From contig NC_043000.1 in assembly GCF_006345805.1 (NCBI RefSeq), positions 154,380,001 through 154,444,000 on the forward strand: a stretch of DNA of 64,000 bases. The letters are read 5' to 3'. The notes under the pieces are model-generated. The model saw only the letters and a list, made by a program, of their open reading frames with translations. It was not told the DNA's origin and did no database searches. Source of the stretch: Octopus sinensis (taxonomy: Eukaryota). Positions within the stretch are counted from its first letter, which is position 1; each line of letters opens with the position of its first letter. A program made the position numbers and the translations under genes. Below are positions 23,371-35,185 of this stretch, one piece after another.

Positions 23371-23595
23371 AAGAAGTATCAATCATAGTATACCTGGCAC
23401 GCTAGAAGGAATAGCCAAAATCCAAACCACTATTAGGGATAAAATAATTTGCTAATTCAAAGTCGGAAACCATGGTCCAGGAAATAGATGGTAAATGGTT
23501 TTATTTGTCATTCCCTTCGAAATTTATCCCTAATAGTGGTTTGGATTTTGGCTATTCCTTCTAGCGTGCCAGGTATCCTATGATTGTTACCTCTT
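23371..23595. repeat. fold-back, 73-bp arms (23371-23443 / 23523-23595), 79-nt spacer
   Basis: Arms are reverse-complementary with about 3 mismatches by eye. Confidence 0.9.
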
Positions 23596-23754
23596 ACCGT
23601 AAATCTTCGTGTATAATCCGCATTTCCCCCCAAAATTTAAAGGTCAAAAGCCCTAGTGTGTACTATATACGAGGTTAAAAATGAAACATATTTTCTAAGC
23701 CATGTCCGAGTCTCTATTTGCTGTCTGGCAATGTTTATCTGCGTTGTCAGAGCT

Positions 23755-26245
23755 AAGGCACTTCACCAAGCGGGGAGGGAACGAAAGTGTCACGATGGGC
23801 TCGCGTGTCGGAGGCGAAAAGTGGAAATAAAACCACCATTCGGTGTTTGGTGGACCAGAGTGGATGCGTGGTGTTCGAGCCGAAACGGATGTGTGCGGCT
23901 TTTCAGCGGCACTTTACTCGACTTTTCGGGACGAATGGTAGGATGGATAACAGGGTAGACTTCGGTGTCTATATGGACGGCCTGCCACATCTCTCGGCCA
24001 GCAAGGCGGAGTACTGCGAAAGGCCGATAACAGCCGCGGAAATACAGGAAGCGAAGAAGAGTTGCACGAGAGGTAGATCGCCGGGTTTGGATGGTTTGCC
24101 CTACGAGCTTTATACTTCTATGCCAGATTTTTTTGCGGGCTTCTTAGCAAACGTCTACTGCAACTGTCAGCAAAATGGGGAGAATTCTCACTTTTGTCTG
24201 TCGAGGGGTAGTGGCACTGCTGAGAAAGGACTCAAACAAGGGGAACGTTATAGAGAATTTCAGGCGCTTCACTCTGCTCAATGCAGAGTTGGAGATTTTG
24301 ACCAAAGTGTTAGCCAAAAGGTTGACGCTGGTCGTGGACAAACTGGTTGGTGAGGTGCAAACTTGCGCCATCCCAACCAGGAGTATTCACGATAATCTCC
24401 AGTTTATGCACTATATCATAGCGGAAGGGGGGGGGGGAGGCAACGAAGCTGGCATGGGTGGGGCTCTGATCAATTTAGATCAATCTAAAGCTTTTGAAAG
24501 GGTCGACCATCAATACTTGGCAGCTGTCGTCAGGCATGTAGACCTGATTGACGAAACACTACAGGAATATGAAGCGGTGACAGGATAAAAAATTAACGCG
24601 GAAAAGTCAATGGGCTTGCAACTCGGCAGCTGGAGAGTTAATTCCATGCCGTCCAACAGCGTGGAGGGGCGCTGGATAGGCGGTCCCGTTATGTTGCTTG
24701 GAGTTTGGTTTGGTCCAGACTCTCAGCTAGAGAAAAAGTGGGACGAGGTGACGAGCAGAGTAGCCAATCTCACCCAGAAATGGACCGAGAGAAAGCTGTC
24801 CCTGAAAGGTCTAGCGGACGTGGCGAATGCGTACATCGCTTCGGTCATCTATTACCTATTTCTTTATTACCCACAAGGGGCTAAACACAGAGGGAACAAA
24901 CAAGGATAGACATAGGTATTAAGTCGATTACATCTACCCCAGTTCGTAACTGGTACTTAATTTATCGACCCCGAAAGGATGAAAGGCAAAGTCGACCCCG
25001 GCGGACCGCTTGACTGTCATCCCTTGCCCTGTTTGCTAGTTGACCAAACTGGTGCGCTTACGCTTCCGATTTCTGTGGAGGAGGCGCGTGCCACTGGTCA
25101 GGCGCTCCATCTGCTGTCAACAGCCGCTGAATTGAGGGCTGGACTTGTCGTGGTTACTGATGCGCTGACATACGGTGAGGTCGCGGCATCTCCAGCGTTT
25201 CCTTGACGATGAGGAGGTGTGTTCACCGTTTGTACGACATGCTTTTCCACAGCTCGTCTCTTTAACTGAAGTGCAAACCTGGATTAGGCGTAGACCGAGG
25301 AGGGGCGCTTGGCAACTCGAGTGCCGTCAAGCGCTCACAGCCCTCAGCCAGGCGGGAAATACGGTCAGTGGTAGTTCTACTCTAGCATTCTATAGAGGGC
25401 TAGTGGAGAGAAAGTGCGATGATGTTCTCGGGGAAACTCTGGGCGTCGATGAAGATCAACTAACCGGTCTGTTTCGGAGAACTTTCAGGTCTGGGCCTAT
25501 GGATAACTTCCAGAAATCCCTTGCCTGGCAATGTTACCGAGGGGCGCTGCCTGTTCGGAATAAACTTTACTGGCACGGAAGTGCCGTCAGCTGGGCCTGC
25601 CCGAGGTGCACCCAGAACGATGAAACCGTTCTGCGCGCCCTAGTCCAGTGCCCGAGTATTGCTGAGCTGTGGGTTTTTGTCGAACACCTGCGGTCGCGTG
25701 TGGGACGGATCCGGCTATCAGCTGAATCCATTGTGAGGATTGCCCCGCCACCCTCTTTTGGCTGGGAGAGGCAGGCAATATTTATTTGTCTAATAGCTGT
25801 AGCGAAAGAGGTAATATGGTGTGACCGTTTGAAAGGGCCAAAGACAGATACTTTCCTCTTTGGCCAAGCCATCATCAACTTTTTCAAGTTTCACTTGAAA
25901 AGGAAGTTGAGGGTGGAGAAAGGAGTGTTGCCTTGTAGCAAGTTTGTTGAAAGGTGGGTGAAAGCTGGAAGAATGGCCAGTGTGAAAGGACCAATTCTGA
26001 GCGTGCACCTGTAAACAAAATGAGAAGGGCTTTTGCCCTGTTGTTCAGGCACCCATGATTTTTGTGGGTTTTTCCGCGAGGTCCTTGAAGCGCCTCCCCT
26101 ATTGGGAGTTTTAAATTGTTTAATTTTTAAGTGTTATTTATATTGTTTACCCCTTGTAAAACCCATTGTATCGTCCTGTTTTTGTCTTTTATGTTGTATG
26201 CCTTTTAATATAATTTTATGTCAGCCCTTGTGGCCAATAAAAGAA
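23755..26245 (+). pseudogene. 5'-truncated L1/Tx1-clade retrotransposon with RT core deleted and a SINE insertion
   Basis: SPGLDGLPYELY, FRRFTLLNAELEILTKVLAKRL, LDQSKAFERVDHQYL, LLGVWFGPD, WQCYRGALPVRNKL...CPRC..NDETV..ALVQC; 3' end AATAAA plus (ATT)n. Confidence 0.92.
24857..25004 (-). mobile_element. 5'-truncated SINE family B inserted in the Tx1 ORF
   Basis: Splits tctatt-acc-gcttgac (YRLT codons); acc present on both sides. Confidence 0.9.
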
Positions 26246-27446
26246 TGAATTATTATTATTATTATTATTAAACCTAGAGGTACGACAAAACAAATCGACT
26301 CCAGCAGATATGGAACTCAGAATAGAGAAGGAGATGACAAACATGGGAATTCATTATATCCAGTGTTCTATTATTTCTGCCATCTTCTCATCTCTCAGAC
26401 AAAACGAAAATGGTAAATGTTATAGAAATACGTCTTCAGCTATTTTTCAAAAATTAGAAATCATTCTCCAAACCATGCTTGAATAAACTAATAACCGGCA
26501 ATGGGTTAAAAGATATTAGACATTTCACACACACACACACACACAGAAATTGTCCATTCATATCTGAGAAACTTATTAACTTTTGATAGGCAATGGAAAA
26601 TTTGAAAAACAGCTGCCGTTGTCAGGAAAGTTTGCGGTATTTAAAGAAAAGAAGAGAGAAAGAAATTTCAGTGAAAAAGAAAATAGGAAAAAATGCATTT
26701 TTTTTCTTTCTCGAATGACTTAACAAATGGGGTTGAATAGAAGATCTCTTATTGAGACGGTACAAAATTTGTAAATTTATCATTTGTTAACAATGTCTAG
26801 GTTTATAACTGGATTCTGTTATCTAGTGATGTTATTCGAATTGCAGAAGACACTTGATAGCTATTAGGACAAGAAATTTGAAACAGCTGTACTCAATATA
26901 CTGAAGAGGATTATAACAAAAGATTCGCCATTTACAGTCTATCTCAGTAGACGAAAGAAAGTGATATTTTCTGTAATGATTACAACAAGCATTTTCATTC
27001 TATTTTCCAGACTAAAACCACGCAGCAATCTCACCCACCTCAATTCAGTCCAACGTTTCTCACGACTTACAGTTGTTTATCTTTCCATTGCACTATATTT
27101 GCTGACAAACTGATTTTTCTATTTAGACAAACATAGAGTTAAAGGGGATATGGTACGAGACTGTATAATGTTGATGCTTTTCTGAAGGGCATTCATGATA
27201 AGGGAAAGAAATTATGGTAAACAAGTAGTAAATCTAAGTCGAAATTTCAGTTCACCGAAAGCTTAAGTTTTAATCTATGACACCAGTCACTCATTTATAG
27301 AAAATCTTAACTATTATTTGACATTATAAACACTAATCTGAAACAGAAAGATATAGACCCGCCGACGAGACTGGAAACACGGTCTGATATCACTTTATGT
27401 TAAACAGTTATTCGTAATTATTAATTAATTACATTACATTACATCA

Positions 27447-28030
27447 AAGGCGGCGAGCTGGCAGAAACGGTAGCACGCCGGGCGAAATGTCTAGCGTTAT
27501 TTCGTCTGCCGTTACGTTCTGAGTTCAAATTCCGCCGAGGTCGACTTTGCCTTTCATCGTTTCGGGGTCGATAAATTAAGTACCAGTTACGCACTGGGGT
27601 CGATATAATCGACTTAATCCGTCTGTCTGTCCTTGTTTGTCCCCTCTGTGTTTAGCCCCTTATGGGTAGTAAAGAAATAGGTATTTCGTCTGCCGCTACG
27701 TTCTGAGTTCAAATTCCGCCGAGGTCGACTTTGCCTTTCATCCTTTCGAGGTCGATAAATTAAGTACCAGTTACGCACTGGGGTCGATATAATCGACTTA
27801 ATCCGCTTGTCTGTCTTTGTTTACCCTCTCTGTGTCTAGCCCATTGTGGGTAGTAAAGAAATAGGTATTTTGTCTGTCTTTACGTTATGAAATCAAATTC
27901 CACCGTGATCGACTTTGTCTTTGATCCTTTCCGGGTCGATAAAATAAATACCAGTTGAGCACTGGGGTCGATTTAATCGACATACCTCTTCCTTCGAAAT
28001 TACTGCCCCTGTGCCAATATTTGAAACCAT
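27447..28030 (+). mobile_element. SINE family B trimer
   Basis: Three central domains; junctions aaagaaataggtatttc(g)tc; attaattacatta on both flanks. Confidence 0.92.
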
Positions 28031-28099
28031 TATTAATTACATTAAATCAACTTAATTTTCACTTTCCTAGCCACATACTAAAAGACTGAGTTCGTCTCT

Positions 28100-29308
28100 T
28101 TGCTTCCAATGACTCATTAACAAAATGAAAAACAAAACCTTACTATCCAATTTTGGATGTAAACTTTGTTGATAGACGGAAAACCCCAAGCTGACAATAA
28201 TAGTTTGATGTCGCTTGAGTTCTACGTCCGTCCTAACAAAGCAACTGAGTCATTCTATGTGTCAGATGTGAACGACACGCTTCAGTCTCACCGATAGCCG
28301 AGAAGAGATAGCGAGAGCTTGATGAGTAAATAATTATCCGGTATAGAAAAACAAAATAGAAATAACACCCTGTAAGCTTAACGGTTGTTAGAAAAGTATT
28401 TTGGAATGGAGCATATACCTTTGTGAAAGTAACGGTGTTGCTTATTTGCATGTCATTTCATGATAGAATGTTGTGGGTTTTTTTTTCTTTATTCCTCTAC
28501 CTCGATACAGTTTAAACATTATAATATTATAATAGCATATTGTCGATAAGTGTGTCTCAGTATAGTGTACAAATGATTTCACCATCGCCTTAATGTAGCA
28601 GTGACTATCACTCACATCATAAACTTCGCTATTCTGATTTTTGAAACCAGAGAATGAGACACGCATGAGTACACACTTAGACACATATGAAAGGAAGGCA
28701 AAATTTATAGATATAAATACGTGCGTCCACACACACACAGACACACTCTCTCTAAAGACACGAAAATAGGCTTCAGTTGGTCGTGGTTCGGGTTATGACT
28801 AATTTTCGCTGCCTAGTCAAATAAGTTACCATACATGTGTATAGTCAGAATCTATATCATAGCTTAAGCCGTAATGACTAAAGTGAACTGAAGAACAGGT
28901 GAAATATTTCGTTCGTTTATTAAAGCAAAACTTCAGCAATTAAATGTTATTAGGTCAAGAATTTACCTAGATGTCGTTATAAGATCAAATATAGAATCAA
29001 GGTTTTATTTTAGCTTCATTACATTATTAGATATTTTTTTATTCTTTTACTTGCTTCAGAAATTTGACTGCGGCCATGCTGGAGCACTGCCTTAAAGGGT
29101 TTTAGTCAAAGAAATCGACTTCATGACTTATTCTTTGCAAGCCTAGTACATTTTCTATCGGTTTTCTTTTGCTGAACTGCTAAGTTATGGAGCCGTAAAC
29201 AGACCAACATCGGTTGTCAAGCGATGGTGGGGGGACAAACACAGACACAACGACACACACACACACAGACACAACGACACACACACACACACACACACAC
29301 ACACCACA

Positions 29309-29359
<51 letters not shown>

Positions 29360-30180
29360 ACACACACACACACACACACACCACACACACACACACAACA
29401 CACACACACACACATACATACATACTACATACATACATACATACATACATACATACTACATACATACATACAACATACATACATACATACATACATACAT
29501 ACATACATACATACATACATACATACATACATACATACATACACGACGGGTTTCTTTTCAGTTTCCGTCTACCAAATCCACTCTCAAGGCTTTGGTCGCG
29601 CCGAGGCTATAGTAGAAGACACTTGTCGAAGGGGCCACGCAGTGGAACTGAACCTGGTACCATGTGATTGGGAAGCAAGCTTCTTACCACGCAACCAAGC
29701 CCGCGCTTGTTGATGATTACTAATTTAATTTGAAACAATTTATGGACATTTTTTGCAAAAGTGTCGAAAATGCTCGTTTTATCGCGGGGTATATGAACTT
29801 GTTTTTGCACACCCACAAAAGGATTTTGAAATAATATTCCCATAAGAAAATTACGATTAACAAATTATTAGTACGAATACTTACATATATATTGTTCAAA
29901 CATTTAGCCATTCCCAAACATTAGCATTAGATTATTTCAAAAGATAATTCAGAAAGTGGCTCCTTTGTATTATTCTCGCCGAGATCATTTCCCAGTCGTT
30001 ACAGGATGCTGAAAAGATGCATGTATTTGAAAATACAAACTATGCTCGAAGAATGCCAAATCACTTTTCAAAGTTGAAACTATTTTGAAGAATACTTTCA
30101 AACAAAGAATTAGTATATGGATTCTGTGTAAAACAATTATAGACACACGAGCAATATTTGAGTATAAATAGCATCTGGTG
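28100..30180 (+). pseudogene. heavily decayed hAT transposase, interrupted by a SINE
   Basis: Scattered motifs across frames: LIDGKPQ..MSLEFYVR..ATESF, VRKVFWNGAY, HRLNVAV, and FSKLKL/ILKNTFKQRIS resembling the hAT dimerisation domain. Confidence 0.55.
29040..29700 (-). mobile_element. SINE family A with internal microsatellite expanded to ~300 bp
   Basis: Both halves present around (CA)n/(TACA)n at ~29250-29545. Confidence 0.9.
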
Positions 30181-30611
30181 GTTTGCAAGCTGCCAAAATC
30201 AGATGCATAACCAGAATTGGAATTCAGTGGAATAACTTGAGATATACCATATTCCTATTAACCCTGTGATGCTTTTTCTTTAACTGCAGTCAAGCTTCTT
30301 AGTTCGAAGCGATGTTTTTTGTTGTAGAATATGAAAGCATTGCAAATGACTTGTTAGCAATTTTAACCCACACGTAAACACCTATAAGATTTAAAATTAC
30401 ATACACTTGTGGTGTTCTATAAAAGTAATTGAATATGGAATGAAAACCAGTAAAAATCCAATAGTTCAACATATCCATTGCAAATCTTGCTTAAGACGAT
30501 AGCGAGAAGGTTAGGGAAATATTTGTTATACGTTAGTAGCATTCACTATAAGGAATTTATTAGATGAAGCTGAAATTTCTCTCAAGAGGTATACCAATAC
30601 CAATATATTCT

Positions 30612-30830
30612 TGTGAAGGCAGCGAGCCGGCGGAATCGCTACCACGCCGGGCAAAATGCTTAGCGGCATTTCGTCTGTCTTTACAATCTGAGTTCAAATC
30701 TGCTGAGGTCGACCTTGCTTTTCATCCTATCGGATCGATAAAATAAATACCAGTTGAGCATTGGGGCCAGTGTAATTGACTAACCCTCCTCCGAAAGGCT
30801 TGCTGGTTTTGTGCCAAAATTTGAAATCAA
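30612..30830 (+). mobile_element. SINE family B
   Basis: Homology to other copies. Confidence 0.82.
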
Positions 30831-30970
30831 TATACTCTTTGTGTTCACTATACTAGTATTTGAACTCAAAAGTTTTTTTTTATCGCGATTGGTGAACAAA
30901 AACATGATTCGTAATATAGGTTTATAAACAGGTTAATCACTGGTGGAATGCATTTCCTCGCCGAAGTTTA

Positions 30971-31152
30971 CACACACACACACACACACACACACATGCA
31001 CACACACAGAAATAAACACACAAACAACCAAAATTCACTAACTATATTGTTATATAGTGAAAGTCTTTTGTTTCTGTGTGTGTGTTGCATGGTGGTGACA
31101 GACTTGCACTTACAATTCTTGCGTTTTTAATCGAATCTTGTTAGTTACAACA

Positions 31153-31203
<51 letters not shown>

Positions 31204-31211
31204 CCTATCTA

Positions 31212-31252
<41 letters not shown>

Positions 31253-31734
31253 CTATCTTTTACATACACACTCTCTCCCTATCTCACTGTATTTCTCACT
31301 CATCAACAACTTTTCTCCTCTCCATCTTCCCCTCCACATATATCTTGTGACGAACAAACAGACGGAGATTAGCTTCTCTTTTATAATATAAGGTTATAAT
31401 GAATTCTGGACTAAATCACTAGTATTTAGTGAAGAAATAACGAGGGAAATGCGTATTTCATATACCACATTAAAGAAAATATACTTTGTACTACTTCACA
31501 GTTTTGTAGCCCTTTCTCGCATGTGTGTGCATATTAGAATTCTATCTTTCACACATACACACACCACACACACACACATGCACACACACAGAAATAAACA
31601 CACAAACAACCAAAATTCACTAACTATATTGTTATATAGTGAAAGTCTTTTGTTTCTGTGTGTGTGTTGCATGGTGGTGACAGACTTGCACTTACAATTC
31701 TTGCGTTTTTAATCGAATCTTGTTAGTTACAACA

Positions 31735-31785
<51 letters not shown>

Positions 31786-31793
31786 CCTATCTA

Positions 31794-31834
<41 letters not shown>

Positions 31835-32130
31835 CTATCTTTTACATACACACTCTCTCCCTATCTCACTGTATTTCTCACTCATCAACAACTTTTCTCC
31901 TCTCCATCTTCCCCTCCACATATATCTTGTGACGAACAAACAGACGGAGATTAGCTTCTCTTTTATAATATAAGGTTATAATGAATTCTGGACTAAATCA
32001 CTAGTATTTAGTGAAGAAATAACGAGGGAAATGCGTATTTCATATACCACATTAAAGAAAATATACTTTGTACTACTTCACAGTTTTGTAGCCCTTTCTC
32101 GCATGTGTGTGCATATTAGAATTCTATCTT

Positions 32131-32134
<4 letters not shown>
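30971..32134 (+). repeat. direct tandem duplication, 582-bp period, 2 units
   Basis: Identical ORFs at 31138 and 31720 (offset 582); breakpoints lie in (CA)n tracts. Confidence 0.95.
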
Positions 32135-32162
<28 letters not shown>

Positions 32163-32202
32163 GCACATACACATGCACATACACAGAAATACACATACAA
32201 TA

Positions 32203-32405
32203 TGTGACCGCGTGTGTATCGTTGGCGATTTTCTTTCTCCGTCTTCCCTTCCTTGGACCTTTCCTTTTTCTATATTTCTGACGAAGAGCTCCGCTCGAAA
32301 CGTTAAATCCTCCTTCTTTCTTTCCTTTCCTGAGCGTCCAATAACACTATACTTGTTCTACGTCCTCGCATTGTTGTGCTTCTTCTTTGTTCATGTTTGG
32401 ATTAT
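32203..32405 (+). mobile_element. ~200-bp hammerhead-bearing element
   Basis: Family member (also 23018 and 49785); flanked by CA/TACA repeats. Confidence 0.8.
32274..32308 (+). ncRNA. minimal type I hammerhead ribozyme
   Basis: AUUU-CUGACGA-A-GAGC(UCC)GCUC-GAAACGUU-AAAU: 4-bp stem I, 4-bp stem II, palindromic ACGU stem III. Confidence 0.7.
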
Positions 32406-32873
32406 ATACATTCATACATACATACATTCATACATACATACATACATACATACAAAGATACATACATACATACATACATACATACATACATACATACATA
32501 CATACATACATACATACATACCCATTCTACAGAGTTCTACTAGTTTTTTTATCACAAAAGTCCATTCATCTGGCAGAGGTCAGTGCGAAGTTATAGCAAA
32601 GAAGACTTGCCCAAGGAGTTACAAGAATTACGAAAGCGAACAGCTTAAGAACATAATTATAACTGAAAGGAAGGTTAGTAAATACTACAATGAGATTTAT
32701 CTGGTGTTCTACCATTTATTTTTATGTCTCTATCTATCCTTCTTTATTTACAAAATATTGACGCTCTACTAAAGAAATACTGCAAAATCTGAGGACTATT
32801 CCAACGAGGACAGTTTGGAATTGGAAATAAAATACGGCGACTGACCAATTTCATATCTATACAGTTCGATGAT

Positions 32874-32948
<75 letters not shown>

Positions 32949-32949
32949 C

Positions 32950-33155
32950 ATATTGACATTTCTGTGATAACGATCCCTATTGATCAATCCCCCCCCTTTT
33001 TTTTAAATTTTATTCCCCCCTTTTTTGTCCTCTTTCTTTCCCTTTACGATCCCTTTTGATCGAAAACCAAACCCCTTTTTTTACCCCCAAAAGAAAAGTT
33101 CAACCTTGTAATTTGTCCTGTCTGTGTGCAGCCCTGTGTGGCTAATAAAGAAACA
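32950..33155 (+). mobile_element. orphan Tx1-type 3' UTR fragment between (TATC)n tracts
   Basis: T/C-rich stretch ending gcagccctgtgtggctaataaagaaac, like the end at 26221-26245. Confidence 0.6.
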
Positions 33156-33212
<57 letters not shown>

Positions 33213-33701
33213 CCCCCACACGCGCGCACACACACACACAAACACACACACATTTACAAAGCGAACTGTGATTTCATTTTCATTTCAAGTGCAGTTTCCA
33301 TTCATTCTCGTCTACTAGTGAAATATCAGTAAAGTATTTTGTTATAGAATGTTCTGATACAGCTATTTTCGGACCAAAAAGGAAGTGGGTTAAGTAATAG
33401 CAGCAGTTTATAAATACATATATATATATATATATATATATAATCGACCATCTGGGTAAGATCTACAAAGTCAAAGTTCAGCTGTAGTTAAAGGTTCATG
33501 TTAGTTATTCAAATGATTCATTCTAAAGAAAGGAAATAAAAATAACGGATCTCGCTAGTACTACAAATGTGTTAGAATGTACGAGATCAAATATACACTC
33601 ATATCTCTGCTTTACACGTGCTCACGCAATAGATGCATGCACATTTATTTGCAGTTAAGTACATCGTACGTGCACGTAGGTGTTTGTGACGATCATGATA
33701 T

Positions 33702-33764
<63 letters not shown>

Positions 33765-34861
33765 TGTGTGTGTGTGTGTGTGTGTGTGTGTACACGTGTG
33801 CGTTTATCCTACTCAACGTTCCAGTTTATTTAACTGAATATCCCGGAATAGATTTCAATTGAATTTACTTCTGCATTTTAAAACCAGACGCTCTTCCAAA
33901 TTAATCTCTGAGTTGGTTCCGATGTTGGGGGGTCCTCATATTAAGTATCCCCTTCTAATGAAATATAGATCTGTATCTACACGACGCTTGACTGCTACAC
34001 AAACAAGATTTCTAGGAAGGCGCACGAAGACGCATTTCAAGAGAATGAAAGAGACAAAGTAGGGTAAATGGAGTAGGAAAATAGATTGACAGATGTTTCA
34101 GTGTTAGTTTTTTCATGTTCCTTTAAAAGCCTTTTTTGAGAATATGTCTGTGTGTGTGTGTGTGTGGGGGGGGGGGGTGATGTTCTGTATCCGCTTTTTG
34201 TTGTTATTTAGCCCTTGAACATGAGGATCTAGCAAATGTGTGATTAAAGACGTTCCAATCTTGTTGTTGTTGTTGTTAAGCAACAAGACGGGCAAGGGTG
34301 ATTAGGTGATGGTCTAGGGATTAGGGGCGGGAGACCCCAGATCTCGGAAAAAAAAACCAAACTCTGGTCGTCTTGTTGTAGTCGAGGGCTCTTCGTTGAC
34401 GCCCGACACCACTGGGAGGTGGCCCTCGAAGTCCCTGGAAATGGAGATCTCCAGGTCCAAATTCTTGGACGGCCGCGTTCCAATCTCGATGACAGGCTTT
34501 TTTTTTTTAGATATATTAAATCTGTTACGACATAATCTAATACGTTCTTCTTTTCTCAAGATGTCAGTGTCAAAATTCAATGATATTTGACTAGTATTTC
34601 CAGTACGTTGAGTGACTGCACAGTAGCTCCCGAGTTGACTCAATATTTTTGAGTTACAATTTCTAAAATTAAGATGTAGGCGTAACACACAAAGCATAAC
34701 AACCGGTTTCTCCTGGGGTGTTTTATAACTGTACATATGTTTGTGTGTTATTTGACAAGGAAATTCAAATCTGGTCTCCCACAGGCTTCTGTACTCTTTC
34801 GAGGGTCTAAAAGCGGCTCTCTAAACAACCATTTCATTCTCTATACAAAGGTTCTCATCTA

Positions 34862-35026
34862 GGGGTAGGAGTGGCTGTGTGGTAAGTAGCTTGTTTACCA
34901 ACTACATGGTTCCGGGTTCAGTCCCACTGCGTGGCACCTTGGGCAAGTGTCTTCTACTATAGCCTCGGGTCGACCAAAGCCTTTTGAGTGGATTTGGTTG
35001 ACGGAAACTGAAAGAAGCCCGTCGTA

Positions 35027-35071
<45 letters not shown>

Positions 35072-35185
35072 ATATGTTTGTGTGTCGGTGTTTGCCCCTC
35101 CCCCCCAACATCACTTGACAACCGATGCTGGTGTGTTTACGCCGCCGTAACTTAGCGGTTCGGCAAAAGAGACCGATAGAATAAA
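34862..35185 (+). mobile_element. SINE family A, 3'-truncated
   Basis: Homology to other copies. Confidence 0.9.

Noticed and set aside
27447-28030. CRISPR-like or satellite reading of the ~190-bp tandem units
   Set aside because: Units are SINE bodies with no unique spacers, in eukaryotic repeat context
29180-29667. Multiple 75-150 aa His/Thr or Cys/Val ORFs
   Set aside because: Translations of (CA)n/(TACA)n inside a SINE
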